A stretch of DNA of 46,396 bases, taken from positions 1 to 46,396 of the forward strand of contig JADHWY010000003.1 in the NCBI GenBank assembly GCA_016783245.1, written 5' to 3'. Shown here piece after piece: positions 20,968-31,890 of this stretch. Position 1 is the stretch's first letter. Every line of letters starts with the position of its first letter. A program made the position numbers and the translations under genes. Source of the stretch: Dehalococcoidales bacterium (GTDB lineage Bacteria; Chloroflexota; Dehalococcoidia; Dehalococcoidales; BS750m-G39). The notes beneath the pieces were generated by a model. That model was not told where the DNA came from, made no database searches, and was given only the letters and a program-made list of their open reading frames with translations.

Positions 20968-23214
20968 GTGCATCAAGGCCAAAAGGCTATCGTTTGGTTC
21001 AATGAGGTCACCAAAAAGGATGTGCCCACCGTCGGTGGCAAAGGAGCAAATCTTGGTGAAATGACTAATGCCAACATACCTGTCCCCACAGGCTTCATTG
21101 TAACCGCAAACGCCTATTTTGACTTCCTGAAAAAGTCGGAGCTTACCGATAAAATTCGCAACCTGCTACAGCCATTAGACCCCGGCAATAGCAAACAGCT
21201 TCAGCAAATTGCTGCTGAGATTAAACAGCTAATTCTAGACGCCGCTATGTCACCGGAATTAGCCAAGGAGATTCAAGAAGCCTATAGTAAGATGGGCAGA
21301 GGTTTAGTTGCAGTGCGCTCCTCAGCTACTGCTGAAGACCTGCCTGAGGCTTCCTTTGCTGGTCAGCAGAGCACTTTCCTCAATGTGCAGGGGGGAAAAG
21401 AAGTAGTAGCTGCCGTCCAAGAGTGCTGGGCATCCCTCTTTGAGGCAAGAGCTATCTTCTATAGGGTGCAACAGGGTTTCGACCACCTCAAGGTTGGCAT
21501 CGCTGTCCCGGTCCAAAAAATGGTGCAATCCGAGGCTTCCGGAGTTATGTTTACTCTAGAACCAGTAACCAGTGACAAAAGCAAGATAGCTATTGAGGCG
21601 GTCCTGGGACTTGGCGAAATGATTGTTTCGGGGGATGTAACCCCTGACACATATATTGTTAGCAAGGATGGGCTAAAAATTAGCAGCAAGAAGATTGCCC
21701 AGCAGGAGTGGAAACTTATAAGGAGCAAGGAGAGTAAAAACAAGGGTGCTAATATTAAAGTGCTCCTCACTCCTGAGGAGCAAGCACAGCAGAAAATAAG
21801 TGATGATGACATAATTACTCTGGCTAAACTGGGAAAACAGCTAGAGGACCACTATCAATTTCCCCAGGATATTGAGTGGGCAAAGGAAGATAAGACAATC
21901 TTTATCGTCCAGACCCGCCCGGTAACTACTATTAAGGAGATAACTGAGGTCGCGCCTGAAATTACTGCCCCGGTACTCCTATCAGGGGCGCCTGCCAGCC
22001 CTGGTATAGCATCGGGACCGGTTAAAATAATACCTGATGCCTCCCAGATAAACAAGGTAAAAGACGGTGACATTCTGGTTGCTGAAATGACTACCCCTGA
22101 CTTTGTACCAGCCATGAAACGGGCAGCAGCTATTGTCACCGACCGTGGCGGTAGGACTGCCCACGCCGCCATTGTCAGCCGAGAGCTTGGTATACCCTGC
22201 GTTGTCGGTGCCGGGCAGGCTACTTCTATCCTGACTGATGGACAGATAATCAGTGTAGATGGTTCAACAGGTAAGATTTACGAAGGCAAGGTAGCTATTA
22301 AGGAAAAGATAACTGATGCTTATAAAGAAAAGATTAAGACCAAGACCAGGGTCTATGTAAATCTGGCTCAACCTGAGCTGGCTGAAATTGTAGCTGCCCG
22401 TAACGTAGATGGAGTGGGCTTGCTGCGAGCCGAGTTCATGATTGCCCAGATTGGTGAGCACCCCCGCTTTATGATTAAGCAAAATAGAGGCAATGAATTT
22501 ATTGATAAGCTCTATGAAGGTATTAATACCTTTGCCAAAGCATTTAACCCACGCCCGGTAGTTTACAGAACTACCGATTTCAAGACCAATGAATATAGAG
22601 AGCTTACTGGCGGTCAGGAATACGAAGAAGTTGAAGAGAATCCTATGATTGGCTATAGAGGAGCCTCCCGATATATTACCGACCTAGATGTATTTAAGCT
22701 GGAAATAGAAGCTATAAAGAGGGTAAGGCAGAAATACCTCAATCTGTGGGTTATGATTCCCTTTGTGCGAACCATTGATGAAATGGCTAGGACAAAGAAG
22801 TTCTTAGAAGCTGAGGGGCTAGAGCGTTCCCCCGACTTCAAGCTGTGGATGATGGTTGAGGTACCATCCAACATCTTTCTTATGGAGAAGTTCCTCGAAC
22901 TTGGCATTGATGGCATATCCATCGGCTCAAATGACCTGACCCAGCTTATCCTGGGCATTGATAGGGATAGCGAAAGGTTAGCAGAGACCTTTGACGAGCG
23001 AAATGAGGCAGTACTTATAGCACTAGAGAGAGCCATCAAAGTATCGAAGGCCATGGGTGTCACCTCCTCTATCTGCGGGCAGGCACCATCAGTATACCCA
23101 GAACTTACCGAAAAGCTGGTAGAATGGGGTATCACCTCGGTTTCAGTAAGTCCGGATATGATTGGCACAACCAGAGAGATAATCGCTAAAGCAGAAGCGA
23201 AATTAGGACTTTAA
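20968..23214 (+). CDS. ppsA: Phosphoenolpyruvate synthase (pyruvate,water dikinase)
   Basis: VGGKGANLGE, VRSSATAED, SFAGQQ, GGRTAHAAIVSRE, SIGSNDLTQ. Confidence 0.96.
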   Translation: MHQGQKAIVWFNEVTKKDVPTVGGKGANLGEMTNANIPVPTGFIVTANAYFDFLKKSELTDKIRNLLQPLDPGNSKQLQQIAAEIKQLILDAAMSPELAKEIQEAYSKMGRGLVAVRSSATAEDLPEASFAGQQSTFLNVQGGKEVVAAVQECWASLFEARAIFYRVQQGFDHLKVGIAVPVQKMVQSEASGVMFTLEPVTSDKSKIAIEAVLGLGEMIVSGDVTPDTYIVSKDGLKISSKKIAQQEWKLIRSKESKNKGANIKVLLTPEEQAQQKISDDDIITLAKLGKQLEDHYQFPQDIEWAKEDKTIFIVQTRPVTTIKEITEVAPEITAPVLLSGAPASPGIASGPVKIIPDASQINKVKDGDILVAEMTTPDFVPAMKRAAAIVTDRGGRTAHAAIVSRELGIPCVVGAGQATSILTDGQIISVDGSTGKIYEGKVAIKEKITDAYKEKIKTKTRVYVNLAQPELAEIVAARNVDGVGLLRAEFMIAQIGEHPRFMIKQNRGNEFIDKLYEGINTFAKAFNPRPVVYRTTDFKTNEYRELTGGQEYEEVEENPMIGYRGASRYITDLDVFKLEIEAIKRVRQKYLNLWVMIPFVRTIDEMARTKKFLEAEGLERSPDFKLWMMVEVPSNIFLMEKFLELGIDGISIGSNDLTQLILGIDRDSERLAETFDERNEAVLIALERAIKVSKAMGVTSSICGQAPSVYPELTEKLVEWGITSVSVSPDMIGTTREIIAKAEAKLGL

Positions 23215-24266
23215 TGATCGGTCAGCTTAATATCCGCCAACTAGCTGAAGAAAGAGAGGAGAGCCTTTCCCCTTATGCCGTGAAAAGTAAGTTTTCGCGG
23301 GGCAGGCTTAAACACGAAGAGCCCTGCCCGGTTCGCACTGCCTTTCAGCATGACCGTGACCGCATCATCCACTGCAAATCCTTTCGTCGGCTCAAGCATA
23401 AGACGCAGGTCTTCATTGCACCCTTAGGTGACCACTATGTAACACGGCTTACCCATACACTGGAGGTTTCTCAAATAGCCCGCACTATTGCTCGTGCCCT
23501 GAACCTCAATGAGGATTTGACTGAGGCAATTGCCTTAGGTCACGACTTGGGTCATACCCCTTTCGGTCATGTTGGCGAGGATGTCCTAAATGAGCTCTAC
23601 CACGAGGGCTTTAAACATAATGAGCAAAGCCTGCGCGTCGTTGACCTTCTGGAGAACAATGGTCAGGGACTCAATCTCACCTGGGAGGTGAGAGACGGTA
23701 TCTTGAATCACTCTAAGACAAGGGCAGATATCCTGGGAGAGTACTCAGGAAAAGCAAACACCTTGGAGGGCGAGGTGTGTCAAATTGCCGATGCTATTGC
23801 CTATATCAACCATGATATTGATGACGCTGTAAGAGCCAGCATGATTGTCGAGGGCGATTTACCCCTCTCAGCCATTGCCAAATTAGGTAATTCCCGCTCT
23901 CTTCGTATCAATACTATGGTTTGTGATATCATTGAGCACTCATGGGCAGTAAGGGGTCACAACAAAGAAAATCCTACTATAGGTATGAGCCCTCAGATTC
24001 TGGAGGCAACTAATACCTTGCGTGAATTTCTCTTTGAGCGGGTGTACAACATACGCTCAGCACAGGAGGAAGCAGAAAGGGCAAGAGAAGTGGTTCGCTC
24101 ACTATATGAATACTTCAATGAGCATGGGGACCAGCTACCACCAGAGTATCGTTTTTACAGTGATGAAATAGAACGAAGGGTGGTTGACTATATCGCCGGC
24201 ATGAGCGACCAATATGCCCTGAGGCTTGCTGAAGAGCTGTCATTAACAAAAGGCAAGACTAAATAA
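23214..24266 (+). CDS. dgt: Deoxyguanosinetriphosphate triphosphohydrolase-like HD protein
   Basis: FRRLKHKTQV, RLTHTLEV, HDLGHTPFGH, DYIAGMSD. Confidence 0.94.
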   Translation: MIGQLNIRQLAEEREESLSPYAVKSKFSRGRLKHEEPCPVRTAFQHDRDRIIHCKSFRRLKHKTQVFIAPLGDHYVTRLTHTLEVSQIARTIARALNLNEDLTEAIALGHDLGHTPFGHVGEDVLNELYHEGFKHNEQSLRVVDLLENNGQGLNLTWEVRDGILNHSKTRADILGEYSGKANTLEGEVCQIADAIAYINHDIDDAVRASMIVEGDLPLSAIAKLGNSRSLRINTMVCDIIEHSWAVRGHNKENPTIGMSPQILEATNTLREFLFERVYNIRSAQEEAERAREVVRSLYEYFNEHGDQLPPEYRFYSDEIERRVVDYIAGMSDQYALRLAEELSLTKGKTK

Positions 24267-24283
24267 CAAATTATTAAGGGAAG

Positions 24284-24365
24284 CTTAGAGGGGCTATGCC
24301 CCTCTAAGAAACAATCTTTCCCCTTCCCCTTAATAAGGGGAAGGGGATAAAGGGGATAGGGTTAC
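24284..24365. repeat. Intergenic double-hairpin palindromic repeat between dgt and dnaG
   Basis: CTTAGAGGGGC-TAT-GCCCCTCTAAG (24284-24308) and TCCCCTTCCCCTTA-A-TAAGGGGAAGGGGA (24319-24347). Confidence 0.85.
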
Positions 24366-24376
24366 AAAATAACAAG

Positions 24377-26164
24377 ATGGGCGTTATTGACGAGGTAAAA
24401 CAGAGGACAGATATCGTAGATGTGGTCGGCCAGTATGTTACCCTAACTAAAGCTGGGAGAACCTTCAGGGCGCTATGTCCGTTCCATAGTGAAAAGCATC
24501 CATCCTTCTTTGTCTATCCTGAGCAGCAGAGCTGGCACTGCTTTGGCGCCTGCAACACAGGTGGAGATGTCTTCTCTTTCATTATGAAAAAACAGGGTAT
24601 TGATTTTGGAGAAGCGCTGCGCCTTCTTGCCCAAAGGGCAGGGGTCAGCATCCCATCAAGATTTGAACCAGAGGCTGAAGGCAAGGAGAGACAAAGGTTA
24701 TACCAGGCTAACGAGGCGGCTGCTCTATATTTCCACAATCTGCTGCTTGACTCTTCGGCTGGAGAAAAGGCACGAAGTTATGTCATAGGACGAGGTTTCT
24801 CACCGAAAACCATTGCCGACTTCCAACTGGGCTTTAGCCCCAATAGCTGGGAAGGACTAAAGCAATACCTTACGGATAGAGGCTATTCCGAGAGCGAACT
24901 GCTGAACGCCGGTTTAATAATAGAGGCAGAGACAGGGAAAACCCATGACCGATTTCGCAATCGGTTAATGTTCCCCATACGCGATGCCAGAGGGCATGTT
25001 ACCGGATTTGGGGCAAGGGCACTGGATGATTCATTGCCTAAATACATTAATTCGCCACAGACGCCAATCTTTGATAAAAGCAGCAGCCTGTATGGCATAA
25101 ACCTGGCTATGGCGGCGATTAGACAGCAAAACCTAGCAGTGATTGCAGAGGGGTACATGGATGTTATCACTGCCCACCAAAATGGTTTCCACAATGCAGT
25201 TGCCTCTATGGGAACCTCAGTTACCGAGAAACAGGTGAGCACACTAAAAAGGCTAACCAAAAACATAACTTTAGCGCTCGATGCCGACGCTGCCGGAGAG
25301 GAGGCTATGCTACGGGGTGTGAGCTTTGAAAATACCCTTGGTGCTGAGGTAAAGGTTATCATCTTGCCCAGAGGCAAAGACCCCGACGATGTTATTAAAG
25401 AAGATGCAAAAAGCTGGCAAAAGCTGGTAGAGGAGGCATTGCCTGTAGTTGATTACAAATTCAATGTGGTTACCTCTGAGCTTGACCTGACTACAGCCAA
25501 GGGCAAATCTGCAGCCGCAGATGAACTTCTGCCCATCATCGCTGAGATAAAGGACACGGTACGCCAAGCTCACTATTTACAAAAACTGGCTCACCTGCTC
25601 AAGGTTAGCGAGCACAGTATAGAAGCTGCTGTAACAAGAATCAGACCTAGGCAAGGTAGAGGCAGGGCTGAAGAACCAAAACAAGAGGTTGCGACACATC
25701 TGCACCCACTTTTGTCCAGCCCCATCGAGGAATACTGCTTGGCTCTATTGCTGCAGCACCCAGAGCTCAAGGATAAACATGAAGAGCTCTCGCCTGAATA
25801 CTTTGAAAATAGCGAAAATCGTGAAATCTTTATCGCTTGGCAACGGAGCGATAAAATAGAATCACTCAAAGAGGAGCTTGAGCCTGCAACTCATGAGCAC
25901 CTTGATTCCCTATTAACTAGGAACTTATTAAATACCAAAATAGAGCAAAAATATGCTGAGTGTGTTCTTCGGCTGCGGGAAAAATCCCTCCGCAGTCTGG
26001 CGACAAAAATAGAGGCAGTATTAGCCCTGGAAGCTCAGTCAGGGGGCAGGGCTGCCGACTTGGCTAAACTTAATGAGCAAGGGATAGAGGTCAATATCCA
26101 ATTGGGCAAGGTTTTCGCTCAAAAAAGCCAGAGGAGGTTGGAGCAAAGGGGGGTGAGGAAATGA
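24377..26164 (+). CDS. dnaG: DNA primase
   Basis: CPFH...CFGAC zinc finger, KYINSP, EGYMDV, DAD Toprim motif. Confidence 0.97.
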   Translation: MGVIDEVKQRTDIVDVVGQYVTLTKAGRTFRALCPFHSEKHPSFFVYPEQQSWHCFGACNTGGDVFSFIMKKQGIDFGEALRLLAQRAGVSIPSRFEPEAEGKERQRLYQANEAAALYFHNLLLDSSAGEKARSYVIGRGFSPKTIADFQLGFSPNSWEGLKQYLTDRGYSESELLNAGLIIEAETGKTHDRFRNRLMFPIRDARGHVTGFGARALDDSLPKYINSPQTPIFDKSSSLYGINLAMAAIRQQNLAVIAEGYMDVITAHQNGFHNAVASMGTSVTEKQVSTLKRLTKNITLALDADAAGEEAMLRGVSFENTLGAEVKVIILPRGKDPDDVIKEDAKSWQKLVEEALPVVDYKFNVVTSELDLTTAKGKSAAADELLPIIAEIKDTVRQAHYLQKLAHLLKVSEHSIEAAVTRIRPRQGRGRAEEPKQEVATHLHPLLSSPIEEYCLALLLQHPELKDKHEELSPEYFENSENREIFIAWQRSDKIESLKEELEPATHEHLDSLLTRNLLNTKIEQKYAECVLRLREKSLRSLATKIEAVLALEAQSGGRAADLAKLNEQGIEVNIQLGKVFAQKSQRRLEQRGVRK

Positions 26165-27711
26165 GCTTAGAAAACAGCGAGGATAATATACGCTTCCCGC
26201 CACAAAATAAGGACGAAGAGAAAATGCCCTTAAATGAGAAGCTGAATGCCGAATCGGAAGGGCCAAGTGGTTTACATGCCCTCTTCCCCGAACCTGCGGA
26301 GGAAACGGAGACTGAAGACGTAATTGAGCCAAGTCCACTATGGCACGAGGCAAGACACCTTGAGATTGAGAAACCGGAGTCCACATTAGATTTGGAGCTA
26401 GAACCGCCTTTAGAGCACATGGAGGAGCAGGAGGTAGTAGATGACCCAGTTCGCATGTACCTTCATGAAATTGGCAGAGTGCACCTTCTCACCGCTTTGG
26501 AGGAAAAGGATTTGGCCAGAAAGATGGAGGAGGGTAGACGCATCAGAGAGATTAAACAAGGCTACCTACAGAGATATGGGAGAGCCCCATCTGCAACTGA
26601 AATAACAATTACTATACTTCAGGAGGTGTCTCAGGCTTCCCACACCGTCCATCTCCTCCAAAAACAGCTCCACCTAACACCTGCTGCCAGCTTTATAGAG
26701 AACATCTCCAACGCTAAATTGCGAGAAAGCATTGATAGCATGATAAGCCCGCAACTAATCCTGGCTATTGCTCAACAGACACATAAATCTCTGCCTGAAG
26801 CAGAACAGCTTCTTACAAAGCTGTCACTAAACATCAACCTGTTGCCAAAGGAAGTCCTCGATGCTATCGGAGACAGCGCCTCTCTGGCTGATATAGAGAC
26901 TCTGGTGACAAAGCCTGATTTCATCAATTCCATTCAGGCTTATGAGAGGCAGCTCCAAGCTTACCTAGAGAATATCGAGCGTGAGGCAGAAAGAGCAGTG
27001 AACCATCTTATTGAAGCCAATCTGCGTTTAGTGGTCAGCGTAGCCAAGAAACATATTGGACGAGGCATGTCGCTCCTCGACCTTGTTCAGGAGGGGAATA
27101 TCGGGCTAATTAGAGCCGTGGAGAAATTCGATTACCGTAAAGGTTATAAATTCAGCACCTATGCCACTTGGTGGATTCGTCAAGCTATTACTCGAGCTAT
27201 AGCTGATCAGGCTCGCACTATTCGCATCCCAGTTCACATGGTTGAGACTATTAATAAACTGCTGCGGATAAGCCGCCGTTTGGCTCAGGAATATGGGCGA
27301 GAGCCTACCGCCAAGGAAATCGGCAAAGAAATGGAAATACCTTCGGAAAAGGTCGGGGAGATAGTCAAGGTATCACAACTAACAATATCGCTGGAGTCAC
27401 CGATGGGTGAGGAGGAAGACAGCCACTTGGGTGACTTTATAGAGGACCGTAGTGCTTTGCCACCTGCTGATGCCGCCTCCAAGCAGCTGCTTAAGGAGCA
27501 AATTGATGCTGTGCTGTCCACCCTCAGCCCTCGTGAGCAACGGGTGCTCCAACTCAGGTTTGGTCTTGAGGATGGGCGAAGCCGTACCTTGGAAGAAGTG
27601 GGGAAGGAGTTTAACGTAACCAGAGAGCGAATTCGCCAAATTGAAGCCAAGGCACTTCGTAAACTACGCCATCCCACCCGAAGCCGCAGATTAAAGGATT
27701 ACCTGGAGTGA
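26161..27711 (+). CDS. rpoD: RNA polymerase primary sigma factor
   Basis: [46 protein letters not shown]. Confidence 0.96.
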   Translation: MSLENSEDNIRFPPQNKDEEKMPLNEKLNAESEGPSGLHALFPEPAEETETEDVIEPSPLWHEARHLEIEKPESTLDLELEPPLEHMEEQEVVDDPVRMYLHEIGRVHLLTALEEKDLARKMEEGRRIREIKQGYLQRYGRAPSATEITITILQEVSQASHTVHLLQKQLHLTPAASFIENISNAKLRESIDSMISPQLILAIAQQTHKSLPEAEQLLTKLSLNINLLPKEVLDAIGDSASLADIETLVTKPDFINSIQAYERQLQAYLENIEREAERAVNHLIEANLRLVVSVAKKHIGRGMSLLDLVQEGNIGLIRAVEKFDYRKGYKFSTYATWWIRQAITRAIADQARTIRIPVHMVETINKLLRISRRLAQEYGREPTAKEIGKEMEIPSEKVGEIVKVSQLTISLESPMGEEEDSHLGDFIEDRSALPPADAASKQLLKEQIDAVLSTLSPREQRVLQLRFGLEDGRSRTLEEVGKEFNVTRERIRQIEAKALRKLRHPTRSRRLKDYLE

Positions 27712-27717
27712 TAAAAA

Positions 27718-29046
27718 CTACTTAAGCATCCCCATAAAATTGTGGGGCAGTTTACCTCCAATACCCATCTTCATCAGCTTTTGCATCTGACGAAACTGGT
27801 TAAGAAGTTGATTAATATCCTGTGGCTTTACCCCGCTCCCCTGAGCAATGCGACGTCGTCGGCTACCATCAATAATATTTGGATTATGCCTCTCCTCAGA
27901 GGTCATAGAAAGTATCATAGCCTCAACCTTCTTTAGCTGCTTCTCTTCCATGCCAGCAGGCAATCGCCCGGCCAACTGCGATACACCTGGCAGCATCTCT
28001 ACTAGCTGGGCTACAGACCCCATCTTTTTGATATCTCTTAGCTGAAATAGAAAGTCGTCTAAATTGAAGCTGGCAGTTCGCACCTTCTTCTCCAGCTCTT
28101 TGACCCGCTGCTCATCGAAGGTCTTTTCAGCCTTCTCGATAAAGGTCAGCACATCACCCATACCCAGGATACGTGATGCCAAACGGTCAGGGTAAAAAGG
28201 CTCAAAGGCATCAATCTTCTCACCGATACCTATAAACTTGATAGGTACCCCACTAACCCACCTTATAGAAAGAGCTGCACCACCACGAGCATCCCCATCC
28301 ATCTTGGTCAGAATAAGCCCGGTCAAGCCCAACCTAGAATTAAACTCCTCAGCCATCCGCACCGCATCCTGCCCAGTCATGGCATCGACCACCAGCAGTG
28401 CCTCACCAGGCTTTAGCTCCTTTTTAACCCGAGCTAGCTCTTCCATCATCGGCTCATCTATATGGAAACGACCGGCAGTATCAACTATAACCCAGGTAAC
28501 GGCAAGCTCCCTGGCTTTGCTCAAAGCATGAGCACAAACCTCCTTACTCTCAGCGCCAGCAGCCTCCCTATAAACTGGAATGTCAAGTTGCTCGCCCAGG
28601 GTAACTAGCTGCTCTATAGCTGCCGGTCGGCGGTTATCGGCTGCCACTAGCAACGGGCGCTGCCCTGAATGCTTCAGATGAAGGGCTAACTTGGCAGCGG
28701 TGGTAGTCTTACCACAACCCTGCAACCCCACCAGCATGGCTATAGAAGGAAGATGAGACGATGCTCCCAGGCGACTCTGCCCCCCACCCAGGGTAGCAAT
28801 AAGCTCCTCATTGACAATTTTGATTATCTGCTGGGCTGGGGTTAGGCTTCGCAGTACTTCCGCACTAAGAGAGCGCTCCCTCACCCTGGTGGTAAAATCC
28901 TTAACCACCTTAAAATTTACATCTGCTTCCAGAAGGGCTAACCGCACCTGGCGCAGGGCATCATCTATATCCTTCTCCCCGAGTTTGCCTTTGCTGCTCA
29001 GCCCACGAAATACCTTGCCTAACTTATCACTAAGAATCTCAAACAT
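27718..29046 (-). CDS. ffh: Signal recognition particle protein
   Basis: GLQGCGKTT, DTAGR, TKMDGDARGG, M domain SRRRRIAQGSG. Confidence 0.97.
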   Translation of the reverse strand: MFEILSDKLGKVFRGLSSKGKLGEKDIDDALRQVRLALLEADVNFKVVKDFTTRVRERSLSAEVLRSLTPAQQIIKIVNEELIATLGGGQSRLGASSHLPSIAMLVGLQGCGKTTTAAKLALHLKHSGQRPLLVAADNRRPAAIEQLVTLGEQLDIPVYREAAGAESKEVCAHALSKARELAVTWVIVDTAGRFHIDEPMMEELARVKKELKPGEALLVVDAMTGQDAVRMAEEFNSRLGLTGLILTKMDGDARGGAALSIRWVSGVPIKFIGIGEKIDAFEPFYPDRLASRILGMGDVLTFIEKAEKTFDEQRVKELEKKVRTASFNLDDFLFQLRDIKKMGSVAQLVEMLPGVSQLAGRLPAGMEEKQLKKVEAMILSMTSEERHNPNIIDGSRRRRIAQGSGVKPQDINQLLNQFRQMQKLMKMGIGGKLPHNFMGMLK

Positions 29047-29055
29047 AGCAATTTC

Positions 29056-29085
29056 ATTCTAATTGGGTGGAGCCTTAACCGTCAA
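29056..29085 (-). promoter_or_regulatory. Sigma70 promoter for ffh, near-leaderless
   Basis: TTGACG-N18-TAGAAT, 9 nt before ATG; no SD. Confidence 0.6.
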
Positions 29086-29189
29086 GCTAAAATCCTGTCC
29101 TTGTTGCCTCAGAATCAGTGGGAGTATCGCCTGAGTTTACCATTGAGCTGAACAAACCGCTAGTTTGTGTTCCCCACATTGGATAGGAT

Positions 29190-30179
29190 ATGATTGGAAG
29201 CCTAATATGGCAAATAAGCTCAATATCTGCTATTATGAATCAAAACTCTCCAGTAATACATTACCATGAGGAACTGAGATTGACTGAACTGAGTTACGTC
29301 AGGACATCCAAAGATTTAGTCACTCCTATTGATGTGACTCAATCTGGTTTTCTTCAACAGGCCCTCCGCAAGACAAAAGAAGCTAGTCCCTATGTCGACC
29401 GTGCGAAGCAGCTTCTTGATAAGTTGCAGATGGCTCTCGAACCTCAAGAGCTGATAGATATCGAGGAAATTCGTGATGATCTTATTACGGCTGCTGGTTT
29501 CTCAGATAAAGCAACCAGCTATTTCTCCTCCTCCGAACTTGAAAATGCACTGTTAGAGGTATTAGAACAGATTGAGAAGAAAGCTGGCCCCGACTGGCGA
29601 ACAGAGATTATATATCGTTTCCTACTCACTAGGGGAGACACTCTTGGTGGTGTTATGCGTAATATAATGGGTGCAGAGGCCAAAGCCAAGTTTACGGAAG
29701 TCATTTTGAAAGCGCTACAAAACAAGGATATATTGCCCAGTATCATCCACTCGAAGGCTAATATCGATAAGGTGCAACAGATCTCATGGCCTGACCGAAT
29801 ATTGCTTTTTGATAAAAAGCCAAAGCTCATTGGTGGCAAGAACGTTGATGTAATCCTACTGCGTCAATCTGAAAGCCACGTGTCAGTGACTGCACTATTG
29901 GATAGAAAGGATAACTATCTAGTTTGTGGGGAGGTTAAAGGTGGCATAGACCCGGCAGGTGCTGACGAACACTGGAAAACTGCATATGGAGCGCTAGCCA
30001 GAATACGTGAGAAATTCCAAGAAGGGCAACCTAAACTATTCTTTGTTGGTGCAGCCATTGAAAACTCTATGGCTGATGAAATCTTCTCGCAGCTGCAATC
30101 CGGGCTATTAAATCACGCTGCAAATCTTAATGTATCTCAACAAGTTTCTGATTTAGCTGCGTGGTTAGTCTCTTTTTGA
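29190..30179 (+). CDS. Type II restriction endonuclease, AvaI/BsoBI family (predicted site CYCGRG)
   Basis: Family signature GEVKGGIDPAGADEHWKTA and YRFLLTRGDTLGG; true start may be TTG 29280 after GAGGA. Confidence 0.88.
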   Translation: MIGSLIWQISSISAIMNQNSPVIHYHEELRLTELSYVRTSKDLVTPIDVTQSGFLQQALRKTKEASPYVDRAKQLLDKLQMALEPQELIDIEEIRDDLITAAGFSDKATSYFSSSELENALLEVLEQIEKKAGPDWRTEIIYRFLLTRGDTLGGVMRNIMGAEAKAKFTEVILKALQNKDILPSIIHSKANIDKVQQISWPDRILLFDKKPKLIGGKNVDVILLRQSESHVSVTALLDRKDNYLVCGEVKGGIDPAGADEHWKTAYGALARIREKFQEGQPKLFFVGAAIENSMADEIFSQLQSGLLNHAANLNVSQQVSDLAAWLVSF

Positions 30180-31588
30180 CGACTCCAGACGTAAACACAC
30201 TTCCGTAGTTCCTCGCGCCCGTGTATCCGCATTTGCTGACTGCTGTTACCTTTCCCAATTGGCAGAGCCCATATTACCTGAGTGTCAAAGCCTGCTCGCT
30301 GCGCGATCTCCGATAATATCAAATCAACAGGGATATGTATTCCCTGGTACCTAACGTTGTCATTTACCATAACAAAGCGTGCCCCTGGTTTCAACAACCT
30401 GGCACATTCAAAAATCACGACTGTGAGCTCTTTAAAGTAATTGCGCACCATACGTGGTATTCCGTTATTATTCAACAATCCTTCATTACGACATAGGTCT
30501 AGATACTTGAGTATGAGTCCTAGCAATTCTTGAGACTCAAAAGCCTTGGTAGAATTACTTAGGCGAACTAGGTCAGTTTTTTTGCCCAAGTCCGCTTTCT
30601 CGCGATTCTCCACAGTACAACTTAACATAGCTTGACGGAGAGCTCGGATTTCCTCTTCGCCGATTCCCATCATGGCAAGTTCAAGGGCATAGGTGCGAGT
30701 GTAATCGTATCGGTTACAGTATGGTGGCGACGTAATAATCCCATCGAAGGACTCGTTCTCCAAAGTTGGCAGTATGTCTAGGCAGGAACCCTTAAGCAGT
30801 TGCACTTCACCCGATCTCTGTTCTCCAAATAGATCTGCAAATCTCAGTTGGTCTCCATATATATCTCCCGCAATCTGGTCAAGTTTTGCACATATTGCCG
30901 GGGTAAAGGACTTTATTGTTCCCTTGTGAAACGGCTTCTTTCCTACTCTCCTTCCGGAGCGGTAGTCCCATCGTAGATATTGCCCGTCTTTTCTCGTATA
31001 ACTGACATCCTCAAGTATGCACAAAGTGGCGAAGAATAGAATGCGCCTGAGGCTCTCTTCGTTTACCCTTTCTACCTCATACAAGTAACGACCCAGCTCC
31101 ACTTCTGTCTGCAATGGGAAGGCTCCCCTAGTGATGCGAATATGGGGGAAGTTTTTGCTCTCCCCTGGTCTCTGCCATATGAGGCTTTCCCTGAATCGTC
31201 GAATTCTCTCAGCCATCTGGCTGGCCTCTGCCATTCGCAGTATCTGTCGTACTTCAATAATCTCTGCACTACTTGGCAGCAATTCAATACCCACAGAATC
31301 AACACCAAGTTCGCTTGCGGTGAAAAGGGCAGCACCACAGCCAGCAAATGGGTCAAGAATACGGCCAGAATCTAAAGCGAATCTACGTATAACATAGCGG
31401 ACAAGGTCCGACGAGAATCCCTCCTTATATTTGTACCATCTATGACCATTCTTGGTTTTATTGGCCTGGAAACTTACTAGAGTACGGTCCAAATCATAGT
31501 TAACTCGCAGTTTCTCTCCAAATTTGGCGTGAAGTCTATCGTCGGCTGCTTTTATTTCTTCTAGAATCTTCGTATGGTCACTAGTCAT
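30137..31588 (-). CDS. N4-cytosine DNA methyltransferase, cognate of the AvaI/BsoBI-like REase
   Basis: SAM motif LDPFAGCG precedes catalytic TSPPY (alpha order); 483 aa. Confidence 0.9.
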   Translation of the reverse strand: MTSDHTKILEEIKAADDRLHAKFGEKLRVNYDLDRTLVSFQANKTKNGHRWYKYKEGFSSDLVRYVIRRFALDSGRILDPFAGCGAALFTASELGVDSVGIELLPSSAEIIEVRQILRMAEASQMAERIRRFRESLIWQRPGESKNFPHIRITRGAFPLQTEVELGRYLYEVERVNEESLRRILFFATLCILEDVSYTRKDGQYLRWDYRSGRRVGKKPFHKGTIKSFTPAICAKLDQIAGDIYGDQLRFADLFGEQRSGEVQLLKGSCLDILPTLENESFDGIITSPPYCNRYDYTRTYALELAMMGIGEEEIRALRQAMLSCTVENREKADLGKKTDLVRLSNSTKAFESQELLGLILKYLDLCRNEGLLNNNGIPRMVRNYFKELTVVIFECARLLKPGARFVMVNDNVRYQGIHIPVDLILSEIAQRAGFDTQVIWALPIGKGNSSQQMRIHGREELRKCVYVWSRQKETNHAAKSETC

Positions 31589-31678
31589 TGTCTCTCGTCT
31601 CCGATGGGTTATTCGACATGATTTGCCCTAATAAAGTTTCTAGCTCGTGACGGTCATACAGCCGGTAGTTGTTCACAG

Positions 31679-31876
31679 CTACCGCCTCCTCTTTGATTTT
31701 CTAGGTGCTTTCTTTTTGCCGGCCTGCTCTGCAACTGAATACTCGCCCAAGCTCTCAGAAATCAACATAGCAACGTAGTCCTGCATAGAGGTATCTTTAT
31801 ATACGCATTTCACCTTCAGTTTCTTGTATATTTCTTCTGGTATTCTCACATGGAGCTGTTTTTCTTCATTACTCAT
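31679..31876 (-). CDS. Ribbon-helix-helix (ParG/Arc/CopG-like) DNA-binding protein, 65 aa
   Basis: KQLHVRIPEEIYKKLKVKC...SMQDYVAMLI; ATG 31876 preferred because the promoter lies inside the longer ORF call. Confidence 0.8.
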   Translation of the reverse strand: MSNEEKQLHVRIPEEIYKKLKVKCVYKDTSMQDYVAMLISESLGEYSVAEQAGKKKAPRKSKRRR

Positions 31877-31890
31877 ATCTTTACTTCGTC

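Noticed and set aside
22653-23168. 171-aa minus-strand ORF
   Set aside because: Antisense to conserved ppsA; no motifs
29047-29189. SRP RNA (ffs) next to ffh, or a LexA box
   Set aside because: No SRP helix-8 GGAA motif; GAACAAAC...GTTTGTGTTC has the wrong spacing for GAAC-N4-GTTC
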